Shown here piece by piece: positions 13,240-26,800 of a stretch of DNA of 64,000 bases (positions are counted from its first letter, which is position 1; each line of letters begins with the position of its first letter). The DNA is taken from assembly GCF_031769215.1 (NCBI RefSeq), contig NW_026782246.1, positions 186,001 through 250,000 on the forward strand. The letters run 5' to 3'. The position numbers were made by a program, and so were the translations under genes. Under the pieces are notes generated by a model. The model ran no database searches. It had not been told where the DNA came from and saw nothing but the letters and a program-made list of their open reading frames with translations. Origin of the DNA: Ylistrum balloti (Eukaryota).

Positions 13240-15970
13240 ATTTTGATACCACATATCACACTATTTCGGGAGAATCGTTTCTTTTATGTTGAAAAATGCA
13301 GTCAAAATTCATATAAAAAGTCATTACTTTTGAGAAAAGTACTGTTTTGGACACTTCAATTTTAATACTTCCGAAACCAGTCTATTTTTCATACTTGCTT
13401 AAAAGTTGGCCACAGATGATATCTTTCAAAAGGAGGATTCTCGGCAAAAATGAAAACCGGTAAATTTGTCATGTTACACATTTGCTTGAAAAAACCAAGA
13501 AACACTGATTTTTTTTATCATTTTCGTTAAATAGTGACAGCTTAATAACCAAAAGTCTGTAGGTCTTGCTATCTGACAAGGTGGTTGTTCATGTCAATTT
13601 GTATCAGTTTGGTTAACATTGTTGAACTTGACCTCTGTACAAGGTCACACAAATGAAATTTGTTAAAATAAAGACATTTTTGTGCAAGTTTCACAATTTG
13701 AAGATTTAGCTTTATACAAATCTCTTGATGAAGGTCAATAAAGTGACCTTATTAGACAGATTATGTACAGTAATAATGACGGGTTTTGTCTTTGTCAGTT
13801 CCGATCCATAATTTGTGGCACTTTGAGAAGCTAATAAGAGATAGATCAGTTTGCAGCACATTACATTGCGTTTAAGTATAGCAGAAGTGCTCAAGTGATT
13901 GCTTGTTTGAACTTGAGAGTTGCATGGTCTGGGTTAGTTTGATCTTGATGCTAAACATGGCCCAAGAAATACAAGATGCACGCAACATGTGCACACATTT
14001 CAACGGTTCGCTCTGCGGCTGGACAGACACAGTAGTAATCTTTGACAGGGTCATCTTGATAATTTCTGTCAAACGCAATCCAAACATAGTATTTTGACTG
14101 TGATTTGTGCCTTGAATGGATTTGGCCTCGGAGAAGATTTTCATCATACTGATAGAACCAAACTTCAAAGTCTCCAGCAGGAGTCAGATGCTTAGCAATA
14201 TATCTAGGTGCTCCTTTCAACTAGTATGATCTGCAGGTTATTGTTTCTAAATATTCCATATCCAGTACTGGAAACTCTATTGAACAGGCATCAAGTTTCA
14301 CCCAGTTGGCCTTGTTGCGCCTAGAAAGGTCAGGTTCATCTGCAACCCTTGATGGTTGGCAGAGCCAAACCGGATTGCATTCGCTCAGCAAGGCGACGGT
14401 CCCTCAAGTCCCTCTCTGGTGTGGACACATAAATTGGTCCACGTACAACATTCAAGGAAGCAGTAGCTGCTTTAACCAGTTCCTCTGAGACACTAAGGAA
14501 GTTGTTTGAGATAAGTTGTTCTCTGAACTGTTTCCACTGTTTCAGTCGACCATGGTAGCTCTCCACAACCCATCTTGACTTAGTACACTGGCGGTCCGCG
14601 TTGGCAGTAAGTGTATGATGTTGTGTCTGACCTGATAGAAGATAGGAAGGTATGTACACAGAAAACCCTGAACTTCGCAGCAGCTCCATCACATCCCTAA
14701 CAATCACATTGTCATCTTTACTGAGCCACAATGTCAGGTTTTCAACTAAGATTTTTTGTTAAGATATTTGCATCATTTGCCATAAAAATGCCAAATAGTG
14801 CATAACCATTTGGAAAGACAATGATCATTAATTTAACATAGTTGCGCTTCTTTTGCCCACAGTATGAGGATCTTTGAAGGGGGTGATCAGCACTTTTTTG
14901 GACATATATATGGGTACATCAAGGATTACAGTTTCTTTGTCCCCGTAGAAACATCTTGTTAAGGCAGTATCATTTCTGAGATTGCTCATACCAGAAGGTT
15001 CATACAATTCAGACTGCAATAGCCTTTGCTTAAGGTACCGCTTGTAGCACTTTCCACATAGTATGCTTTCTTCTGTTATGTTAATGATCCCAGCAGTCAG
15101 CAGCTGGTACAGCCAGTTACACTGGGGTAAATATACATGTCTTACTTGGGCTCAGGCAACTGGAGATAAATCTTTCAATTTGGTTTTGCAACCACGACCT
15201 ATGCACACGTCTGACATGGTTATTAGAAAACTTGATGTGAGATTTTGCAGTAATTTGAATTTAATACAGAATGTCTGCCATAAGTGTAACTTTGTCTATG
15301 TAATTGTCTATAGATACTTAGCAAAAATGGTATGAATACTTTATAGTAATACCTTTATATGCTTTAGGAAATTAACATATTTGTACATTCAGGTGTCAGA
15401 CAAGGTTATCATTTCTGGCCTTATTTATTAATTATTAATTAGAATATCTAACTAATTTATATCCATTATTGTTACGTTTAATAAACGAAGAAAAGTGGAA
15501 TTACGATAACATGTAATACTGATTTTTTATGATACAAGCTAAACTGTCAATTTGTCTTTAGAGGATATATTTCTAGTGCAGGAAACACCATGTTAAGTTA
15601 TACCTACTGAATTTAATCTTAAAACAATTACAAAATACTTAATGTGCTTTGGTACTACACAAAACTGGAAAATATAGCAGTATTGGGCACAAAAAACAAC
15701 GAAAATCAAATCTTCATGATTATGGCAAATTATGCAATAAGCATGTTTAAATTGCTAAAAAGATATTTTACCGGTTTTGAAATCACTTAAAATTTATTCA
15801 ATAGACAGCATATATACGTAGAAAGATTTTAAAGAAGTATGAAATATATACTGTGATACAAAATGAACTTGACAAACTTTGACATATTCTTTATTTTGTG
15901 ATTTTTTTTTAATCAAAGCTATCAATATGCTTACATTTTTATGCCAATATAACAAATGTGGTATCAAAAT
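13240..15970 (-). mobile_element. Degenerate DNA transposon, PIF/Harbinger-ISL2EU-like (DDE_Tnp_4-type transposase with C-terminal SWIM finger); ends approximate
   Basis: Inverted matches: 13240-13254 with 15956-15970 (15/15), 13387-13404 with 15827-15844 (16/18) and 13453-13464 with 15767-15778 (12/12). The last two blocks are 48 nt apart on both sides. An internal transposase pseudogene is present. No TSD could be fixed. Confidence 0.75.
13951..15217 (-). pseudogene. DDE transposase pseudogene with SWIM zinc finger
   Basis: Across frames: ILD(G)THIYVQKSADHPLQRSSYCGQKKRNYVKLMIIVFPNGY...NDANIL (1-nt deletion near 14917); VIVRDV (the DRGF part with the second catalytic Asp appears deleted, near 14695); TKSRWVVESYHGRLKQW (Glu at 14561-14563); YYCVCPAAERTVEMCAHVACILY (CxC...CxH). 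Multiple stops and frameshifts. Confidence 0.82.
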
Positions 15971-16415
15971 AACGGACATTTCATGTACTTCAGACTGGTA
16001 TATAATTATTTTCATTTAAAATTATCATGTAGCAAGTATTTGTCTTTATGTTAGTGCACGTTTGTTACTAAACCTCTTTATACCAGGAAATTCAGTAAGA
16101 CTATAAGTTGTTATAATGACTTATCATTTATGCGGTTGAAGGTTATTTTCATGTCTCTACATACGGCGAAAATATAAAAAAATGTGGGGGCTAAATGTTG
16201 ACCCAATTGTACCGCTACGGTAAATTAAATTTTTATCAGGTTATTTAGATGAGATAAATCATGAAATATAGAGTATGAATACATCAATGTGACATCTGTG
16301 AAGGATATTGTTGCATGCCACGACAAGTAGTATGTGTAAAAATATGTCCGTTTTTTAATGTCTGGTGTGTTTTTATACTGTGTTGGAGAACAATTCATTC
16401 ATTTTTTACAGCAGC

Positions 16416-19400
16416 ATGGAGGAGACGGGCGAGATCGTCGTGAGTATGGCCGAGCTGGACCGATTTGTTGTCAGCTGTATGATGGCTAGCGGGGCAACCG
16501 AGGAGAGCGCACGGGTTATGTCTGACCTGCTCGTTACCGCGGATTACCGTGGACACTACACTCATGGACTATGTCGTACAGGTAACTTTCAAGATATCCT
16601 ATACATTAAACAACGAATTAACGTTATATATACATCAAACAGCTCCGTAAATCATTACGCAAAATATCGATTAAAATACAGTAAAGTGATATTTTGAGGA
16701 TAAATGAGTTCTTGAAAATGACGTAACGCTGTTTCAAACCTATTGATGTAAGCGTTACATATTGTATCTCATTTTCACCTAACATATTAAAAATGGAATA
16801 GAGCTCGGAAATTTGCAATCTTACGTGATATGTAGTAAATTGAACTTATCAGAGACGATGTTTTAGACTTACATTTACCTTATAGCATTATAATTCTCAG
16901 TTGTAGTTGTCTTGGAAAGGTTGGATATGTGTAATTCCCGCTAAAATGCGAAATGCAAATATAAGTCAATTAAATACATTAGAAGATATGAGGAAAATAT
17001 GTGGTCATTTCTAGTGAGCAGATGGTCAATGTCCGTCTAAGAGTATCCAAATGCTCGTCAATTTGCATGTACAAATCTGCTATCTTATTTTACTTCATAA
17101 ATCAAGTTAGATATCGGAGGTGTGAATTTCATTATAATGCCTTCTGGAGGTAGCGATAATAATAACAGGTACTGATATTTATAGATGCGTACACGGCAGA
17201 CGTAAAGAATGGAGTTACCTGTGGAGGAGGAAAGGAGCCGACTATTATCAAAGAAACCGTGGCAACAGCACTTATCGATGGCAACAATTTATTGGGTATT
17301 TTAGTTATCATATTAGTAATTATTGATTTAGTAATTATCGATTTACTTATTTAGTAAAAAAAATAAAAAGAGACAAATCATACTTACTGTTACCTTTAGT
17401 TTCACAAGAATTTCTTCATGTTTTTTTTTTTCACATTTAAAGCAGATGATCATTTAAATATGAAATTTATTAAGATAGTATTAACAATAATAGAAATGAT
17501 GATTTCATTTTTATATGTATCTGGGCGACAGATAAATATAACATCGACGCATATTCAAAGCATGTTATAGAAGGGTTGTTTGTCTTCAGGACCGGTAGTA
17601 GGAAAATATGCAATGGACGTGGCTATCCAGAAGGCTAAAACGGCCGGTGTTGGCATCGTCACTGTCAGAGGTAAGGATAGTGACATAGGCAACATATTCA
17701 AAATCATCAGAGGATAATTAAGCTTAAATTTCAAATCATATACAGGTTATCAATAACCATTATATCATCATACTGTAGATGGTAACTTCTTTCAGGAAGG
17801 TATCTTAGGGCATGTTACTGAAAGAAATGTTTCTCCGCCGAACATCAAAAAAATAGATAAATGAAACTTTAAAACAGAATTCAATTTTTAAAATGTTGAT
17901 ACAGATAATAGAGGGAACAAATCTGCAAAGGTGACGTCTTTTATAACGGGTCAATTGAAGAAGGAAATATAACTTGAGATTTTTTTAAGTAGGGTAGAAA
18001 TTGATAACGAATCTCACACACCAGACGTGAGCAATGAATGTTTAAACTAAAATAATGCATCTATTTTCTTAACATTAAACAACCTTTTGTTAATGATCGA
18101 ACGTTTTGCATCTCATTTTCTCACGAGGTAATATCTATTCATTTGCCAACAGGTTCCAACCATTTTGGGATAGCTGGCTGGTATAGTCTCCGAGCAACAG
18201 AGCAAGGCCTTTTGGTTAGTAGATTGGACTCTTTATTTCTTTAAATGTATCAACTGCTTATGGTTTTGTTGAACTTTGAGTTCATCATTTCTCTTTCTTT
18301 CAATAACCTGTCAATATAAAGAGCATACATGGTTCTATTTAATCTAATCTTCAATAGTTGTATACACAGATTTCCGCACAAGATACACTGTTAAGAAATA
18401 TACTTATTAATAAGTAGTTTTGATTGATAGCTGGTACGGATATTGCATGGTTAATGTGCAATTAATCTCCTCGAACGTGACTTGTTGAACGAAATCTTAA
18501 ATCCAGTACTGGAAGTTTGAGTATTTGGTTTTAAAGACACAAAATGATCGCATGTTTTGTACAGTATTTCCTTGTAAGCCATATTTGTGTTTCAGGGTAT
18601 ATCAATGACGAATTCCAGCAAAGTAATGATACCTACACGGGCAAAATCAGTAAGACTTTTCTTTACAATAATGTATACTGTTTATCGATAAACAGTAAAA
18701 AAATAACTACATTTTAGGAACTGACTATATGTTCTTCCTTTTAAGTGCGACATATTTTATTCATTTCCTATATCACTTACATGATATCAAAATAATATTG
18801 ATAAAAAATGGTCGAAAATGTAAATAAATATATAAACATTATTTATACTGTATCATGCAGAGGTCTCTTGGCACGAATCCCATCAGCATGGCAGCCCCTG
18901 GTAAGGATAGAGACACCTTCGCACTGGACATGGCTTGCACCACTGTAGCATGGGGAAAGGTAACCTACTAAATGTCACAACATGAATATGAGTCTCATTC
19001 AAAAAATTTCAATAATAGGTCTTTATCATATTAGGTTTTGGTACATGGTCTTCCGAAAAGTCTGTAGTTTACCTCGTTATTATTGAACAGATTGCTTCCA
19101 TTCATGGTCGGAAAACCTAACTAACCTTGGCGTCTAATTTCAATTGTTTATTTGTTCTTTAGGTAATAGCACTATATCACTCCGTGTCCTCCTCTCTCCG
19201 GTCTGATTTTGTCATTAGTTCTTTGTTATTTATTGTGTTTTATGACCGAATAGCTTGAAATGAAGGCGATGAAAGGTGAGGAGCTGCCGAGCGGATGGGG
19301 TTTAGATAAAGATGGAAAGGTAAGGAGAATGATTGATTGCTGTAAACCTAAGTTTTTTTCAGCAACAATAGGAACAATAAAACTGTAATTTGCATAGGAT

Positions 19401-22400
19401 TCCTTTTTTGTTTTTCACTTTCGCTTTAATAAAATTTGTTGAGATCATAAGCGCCCTGGTTTAATATTGTTGTGCTATATTGGTGCGACAGATTTATTGA
19501 AAGAAGGAAAGCAACACTGACACATTTACTGTATCTGTTCAAACAAATTGTACAAGATTTCAGAAGGAAAAAATAAATGCAGCGACAAACCAAATTATAA
19601 CAGATGCGTTTTCAGAATCAAGTAAACGACAGCAGTTGATGATGTCACTGGTTTGCTGCCTGGTGAGAGTCGTGTGTGCCATTTCCGGATAGCGTTACTT
19701 CCATGATGTTTTAAAACTTCCGTTTCGTGATTTAGAGTGTATTCAGAAATAGAGAGGATATTCAATTATTTGTTTTCAACCTCAGATCATTTTATCAGAG
19801 GGCTATCGGTGTAGATATATAACAGTAAATTAGCATTAGTAATAAATTGTCACTTTGTTTACCGTTGTCAAGGACACGTGTGATATGTCAGCTGTGGGAG
19901 GATTGCAGCCATTAGGAGGTCCTGAAGAGAGCAGTAAGTTAGCTAAGGTCGGAAATACACCACGTGTAGATAATTATCATGTGATGGATATGATCATACA
20001 TTAATTATATATTTAAACATTTATGTATAGGTGTGTGGCGTTTGTAGGTATTGTAACGTAACTCTTATTCTGAATTTGCATTAAAAGGTGTTACTCATTG
20101 GGTGTGTACACTTTTAGGGATTGTTTGTGTAGACACTGCTGGTAGTCGTAACCTGTATGCCATGTTTAATTCATAAACATGTTCTTGACATCTTTTTTTT
20201 AATAATTAGACATGTGAAAGTTACTTAATTACTGAAAAGTGTTATTCACTTGTGTATCATTTGTACCTAGATACATATTATTGTTTTTTCCGTTAGTTAC
20301 CGGCTGTTTACGAGAGTATAGATTGTCAAACACATTTAAAGGAGCCAAGTGAAGTCCTTTCCCTACTTTATAAGGCAGTCTTCTATGCTTTTGGTGACCG
20401 ACAGTCACTGTCTAAGTAATTAATGATATATATGAAATGTTTAGAGGCATTTCAATCTTGACAGACGAAAAGTCCTACAGATAAATTGAATATTTCGCTG
20501 ATAAGATAACATTTCAAAATCAAAGTAATCTTTGATATTTTTCCTTATTTCATACCGGAAGAAATTTGTTTTTACATAGATCTAAAAAACCTATCATCAT
20601 TTACAGGGATTCGAATAATAAGCCAATTTAAAAACATGTAAGTTTAATGAAAACAACTTGTCAGAATTAGTATTTCATAACCATTATCATACAGTCACTG
20701 AAATACTGTAATGGGCTAATTTTATGTTTGCTTGAACGCATAATTTGTATGCGACACAAATATACTATAAACTGTTACTTATTGAATCAATGTTGTTTTG
20801 TTAAACATGAATAATTTTAGAGATTGCTGATGCTGGTGGTCCTCGAGATATGAGGCCAAGATTTAAATGACGTGCTTCGTCGCCGAAGCAAAGGACTTTT
20901 CTATTCCGGAAAACTTGGGCTTATCTTCTTTGTTTTGTTTCAGGATTTTCATATCTTGCCCTAGTTTAATTAAGGTTGAGTTGGATTTCGATTATGTTGA
21001 CATGTTGTTATTTTATTGTTTTTATGTTAAGGTGGTTACAAAGGTTACGGCCTGGCGATGATGATAGAAGTTCTCACCAGTGTGTTGTCAGGGGCAGAGA
21101 TGAGTGCGTTTGTTAGGAAATGGAAAAGATATGATAGACCGGCAAACCTTGTAAGTTCAGAATGATGTTTTAACAAAACAATAATGGCTTTAACCATTTC
21201 ATTTAAGTCATTATTTGGAAATGTCCTTGTTAAATGATCACTGGCTAGTTGGTGGTTGGTTACAGGATTTTACGTCTCCACAACTCTCTAGGATGATTAT
21301 GCAGCCATTTTCATAGTTTTTTTACCACAAAATAACCTAAGGATTCTCACTCGCAGGTTTCGTTTCGTTTAAGATAAAAACACAGTGTTACTTTTGTATT
21401 CGTTTATCTTAACCTTATATATCAATCCTATTTTAGGGTCAATGTTTCCTAGCCATAGATCCTGCAGCATTTGCAGACGGTTTCACGGAAAGAATGCAGA
21501 GCCTAATGGACCACAATCGGAATCTCGAACCGGTAAACATTTTACTTGTTAATGAAAGTATTTAATTAAATGATTAATATATTTACAATTATTTACAATA
21601 TGTCTAAAATGTCCATGACATTAGTGAATCAAACCCATTCGATTTTATCTTCGACGTAAAAAAAAAACTCTAAGAAAATACCAGCATGTACAAGGATAAT
21701 AAGAACAGGCGTTCCGGAAGAGTAAGCATCTTCTGCTTTATCGACGACACATGTAAACGACATGTAAACCTTGGTCAATCCAAGTTAATGATGTCACGTT
21801 CTCAAATGAGAATAAGGTTTACAACAACGGCAACAAGCGAACTAACGAGCATCAAAAACGTCCAAATTCATGTCATACAAATAAACAGAATAGTTCTGTT
21901 CAATGAAATCACTATGTAAAAACAATTCAAAAGAGCCATCGTTGTTCAATTCATATATAACTAAGTTGGTCATTGTATTAGACATTGTAATCTATATCAA
22001 GAAGTAAGAATATTTTTTATTTTGTTTTTATCTAAGAGGTAGAAAGGAAGATAATACGACAATTTCAATATAATTTCAAACAGAAAGGAATTTTTGTAGT
22101 GTTTTTTTCACGAATGGTTATCAGGTATTCACATCGTAAATGTGATGTTAATTTTTAGATGGAACCTGAACGGAATGTTTTGGTGGCGGGAGATCCAGAG
22201 CGACAACACATGGCACTGTGTGATGAGTTAAAGGGCATTCCGTACCACCCGAACCAGATGAAATTTTTGGTATTTAAATCTTTAAAATATTTAAACGTTG
22301 AAAGCCATTAATGAATATATTCAATTATATTTACATGTGATCAATATCCTCGGCTGCTATCATATATACTTGTATACTGCCAATCCTATTGTATGAAATC

Positions 22401-22586
22401 ACATTATCAAATTGAAACACATGTTGGTATTTAGTTTAACTCAAATCACATTAACAAATAGAGACCAGACATTACCTACGTTATTAAACGTGATGTGAAC
22501 AGTATGACAGTGATATAATGTTTCTTTTTCTCTTTGTACAGGATGAAATCGCAAAACGTCTAGGCGTGGAACCTTTAAAACACTGA
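16416..22586 (+). CDS. Ldh_2-family oxidoreductase paralog B, 12 coding exons, 356 aa
   Basis: Exons 16416-16581, 17185-17295, 17590-17670, 18153-18214, 18596-18649, 18861-18959, 19254-19319, 19873-19933, 21032-21150, 21437-21532, 22159-22269, 22542-22586. Exon lengths and phases match A except the last exon; 1071 nt, open frame. AATAAA at 22823. Confidence 0.92.
19623..19671 (+). pseudogene. Degenerate tandem duplicate of exon 8 inside intron 7 of paralog B (pseudo/poison exon)
   Basis: AG|TAA ACG ACA GCA GTT GAT GAT GTC ACT GGT TTG CTG CCT GGT GAG AGT C|GTGTGT translates as [15 protein letters not shown]. It aligns with exon 8 (A: [20 protein letters not shown]; B: [20 protein letters not shown]) with a 12-nt deletion and keeps the phase 0-to-1 boundaries. 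Confidence 0.6.
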
Positions 22587-23837
22587 ATGTAGAACATCTG
22601 ATAGCATGGACACAATGCCTATCATATCCACCTTCGTAGTGTTCAAAATTCATGTTTGAATAGATGTTCTTTATGTTTAATCAATATTGTGGGTACTAGT
22701 TATTATGCATTTATATGTTGTACATGTGTATGGGTGATTTCTTTTTTCAAGTGTTTCTCTTTGTGGAATGTTTATGAATACATATTTAACTACTTTGTGT
22801 GTTTCTTGTTTATTAACTATATAATAAATGATATATATCAGATCACTAAAGTATAATTGCCAAAAATGTGTAATGTTTCCTTGATAAATAATAAAACGTG
22901 TTGGACTTGAGATTGTGAAAGTAAATACATCAGCTGCTGATCAAATAGAGCACGAAAATTTTTTTGGCATTTCAGCGATAGTTTGCAATGTTGAAAAGAA
23001 CGACTTTGAATTGTTTTGTATGTGATAGGAGTTGTTTTTCCTCGGTCTCTGTCCCCTTCTCTGTTTTCATTGTCAATGGAAAATAAAGACAAAAGATAAT
23101 TGTTATAAGGATGGGGCTAATTTTGAATGACCATCATAATAATTTCATTTGGAAATAATCTATACCATTGTGTATAAGACATAGGAAGTATTAAATGCGC
23201 ATTTGTATACCGAATAGCCTTGTAGTCCTCATGAAACAGTGGTTATTTCCCCTAACCGCCTGGTCTTATTCTCCTTGAACGTTTTCTTGGGTTCCCTTGT
23301 AGATCTATCTTTTATTTATATTTTGCTTTAGTTTTATAGAATTTGAGTTTGAATTAAGTTCCATTTGACAAGTAGATATTATCTTTGTTGTTCTTTGTTT
23401 GTGCATAATGTCAATATTAGATATTCGGAATTTCATTTGTAATTTTTCATGAGCCATGTAAACGATACTTGGTGAAACTTTACCACTAATACCACGCTGA
23501 GGACTGCTCACTAGTGGCCTTAAAAGCTGGAAGGTCTGAATAGCAAATATCTATGGTTTTGTTAGTGAAGCATTTGATTACAATACAAAAACAATTCCCC
23601 CTTTTTTTTCTTCTTCTTAAATTTTTGGAGTTCCTGGGGTGGGGATGAGGGTGGGGAAACTAGGCTAAGTTTGTGTGAATTTCAACAGCTATACATTTTA
23701 CATGGAGTAGCGTGTGATGTAATACATGTAGGTCGGTTCAGTAAATGTTATCTCTAGTGATGACACCGCCTGTACTCTGACGTGTCGGGTAATCATTTAG
23801 TTTACAAAGTGACCTGTTGCATATCTACTGAGGCACG

Positions 23838-26800
23838 ATGGCGGCCGCCGCTTCAGGTGAAATCGTCGTATCCAGAGAAGAAATACATGGATTTGTGATA
23901 CGATGTTTGACGACTGCTGGTGCTGAGGAAACATATGCGAAGACATTTGCGGACTGTTTGATAACTGCTGATTACAGAGGACACTACAGTCATGGTGTAA
24001 ACAGACTAGGTAAGAATATTTATCAAACTGCGATAATTCAATATCGTATGTGGGTCAAACCGACCTCTTGCATTGTTAGCTGGAAGATAATACGCTCTAG
24101 CTTTTATAAACTTATTTTATCTATCTTTCTGGCATGGTGCAATGTGTGCTTGATGCAGGCCATCAAATCAATTCCATATGTTTTTTTTTACAATAATCTA
24201 TCGATATTCCAATATTATTTAACAAATACAGATTTGCACATTTTTATGTTATTACATTAGAATACTTGTCTGTATTTTGAAAGATCTAGTGAACCTATGC
24301 TAGTGGAATTTGCATATTTCCGATAACAAATGTCTGCTCCGATATAATTTTATAAAATATTCTCATTGCCCGCGAAATACGCAAAAATAGTTGGTTTTCG
24401 GTATCCAATAATGTTTTTATAAACAGTAACTGTGTTGTGAACATTTGCTACTTGATACAAAACGGAACTGTGGTTGATTTCCAGTTCCTTCAACTTCAAC
24501 TCTCAAGCCAAATTAAGCATGCATTTCAAAATGTCATATCGTCATGAAAAGATTTTCAGTGTAACTTTTGCTTTGACAAATGAGAGAACCACAAAATGTT
24601 TCTTAAATGGATTATTTCTTAGACTACTTTCATTATCTCGAATGAAAAGTAAACTCGATGCATGTACAACCATATGTCATGTAATAGATATTTTAGAGTA
24701 TGCCAAGTGACTTATAGCCATAACCTGCTGGGGCATGACTGTTGTACTTCTTTCAGGCACAGTATCACTATAGGTTTTTATATATAGAATAAAAAACACA
24801 GATAGTCTGAAATCTTGAAAAATTACAAACCTTTGATCAATGACGAAAATATTATTTTAAGTATCGTTACATAGGTTTAGAATTGTAAAACGCAAAGGTG
24901 ATCGATTCAAGATATCTTTAGAATATTATCTTTAGTATGTAATCGGATGGCAATAAAATTGAACCTATTTTCCAATATATGCTAAATAATATTTCAAGAT
25001 GAAAGGATAAACTGTTGTATTTCTTGCTTTGAAAAAGACCATTAAAAGCGTGAACAGTCATCGTCATCGTCATCGTGTGCAGTTTCTTTTTCATTTTTTA
25101 ACAGAACAAATGATTATCGACATTACCACATTAGGACTGGTGAACTTTCTAATCTAGATTAGATTATTTCGCTCATTTTCCCCTTATCATCTTCAAAGTT
25201 TCAAAATTTTGATCCCTAGCAACACTGTCTAGACATAAAAGGACGAAGGAGCCGTTTGATGCATTTCAATTAATTATTTGGCACTACTGTATCTAATACT
25301 AAATCTGTACTGAAACATACTGTTCACTCATGTGACATTTGTACATTTCTTAATTGTATCCTTCTTTGTCAGAATTTTACATCGAGGAACTTAAAAGGGG
25401 TATACTATGTGGAGGAAAAGGAACAGAACCAACGATTACAAAACAAAACTTAGCTACAGCGCTGGTCAATGGGAACAACTTGTTTGGTACGTGTTGTCGT
25501 CATTGGTTCATAATAGAACAAATGCTTTGACTTGTTACAAACATTTCATAGAATTGTGAATCGGTTAAAGACCGAACGGAAAACAGAAAACTCTTCGACA
25601 AGTATTTCAAATCATTTGATAAAAATATTTTCATCGTTATGGTAGATAAAATTATGTTCATACTTAGTGAGGTTATTTCAGATAGGGTTATGTCAGAAGA
25701 AATCCCAATGTAACAATGGGACCTAAACCAATCTTAAAAGAACGCTCCTCTTACTTCCCCCTGATCTTTATTAAGACTTGTTAATTGTATAATAATATAT
25801 TCGTTTTCTAACTGGAGAGTTATGAAGTTGATCAATAAACAAGAAATACAAGGTAATTTTGTTATCATTCTATCTCAAGCTTCATAAAAATGGTCAATTA
25901 TACAGCAATTCAGACATTTTTTCAATAAACACACGGATAGTGTGGTATTATTTTAATATGCAATTTGCCCTGCAGCTAGCGGGAACCAATGACCAATCAA
26001 CAATTGAAAATGTTTACAACGTACATTTTCATATCTTTGAAATGTGATTTCTTTTTTCCTTTCCGTCGTTGCAGTCATGGTTCCTTAAAATTGGAAGTTT
26101 ATATAACTAGTAGTTGTAAATGGTGATTTAAAAACGACAAAAATATCCTGATATATAAAAACATTAAGATTCATTTAATACAGTGTGCTTAAAACAACTT
26201 TGGAAATTTATCAATTAATTGCCTTTCCATTTATTTGAAAGACCTTATTTCAACTTTCAGTAATCATTCTGTCTTTGTCAAAGTGAGGTGCTTAGGTGCC
26301 TGTCCGTGTATCAGAGGACAATACATGTAAAGCTGCCCTATAATTGTTTTCCTTTTTTTGAAACCAAAAAAGAAAAAAAAACGTGACAAAAGTAACGTGA
26401 CAAATGTAGTAGGATCCCATATTAATCCTTTATGTTTCTAAGGACCTGTTGTCGGGAAATTTTGCATGGAGCTAGCGATAAAGAAAGCAAAGGAAGTCGG
26501 TATCGGAATGGTCACAGCACGAGGTAAGCTTGTATTCTTTGTAAGTGTTCAATTAAAGTATATGTTGTCCATATAGCTGGGCTGCAATAGCTCAGTCGGT
26601 AGAGTTTAGGACTTTGCAACATCACCTGAAGAGCCGAGTTTTTTATGTTTAATTTCCACTTGTAACGGAGTGATTTTCTCAGGAATTCTGAGACCACAGA
26701 CCTTCTGTTAAATTACCATCACGTTAGCTACACAAGTAAGGTAGCTACAGTCAGCATATGTATGCATACTGAATTGATTAAATGATAAATGATTAACGTA

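Noticed and set aside
26578-26640. tRNA-like start GGGCTGCAATAGCTCAGTCGGTAGAG in intron 3 of paralog C
   Set aside because: Only the A-box/D-arm is present; there is no T-arm or acceptor stem. At most a SINE head, not a tRNA gene.
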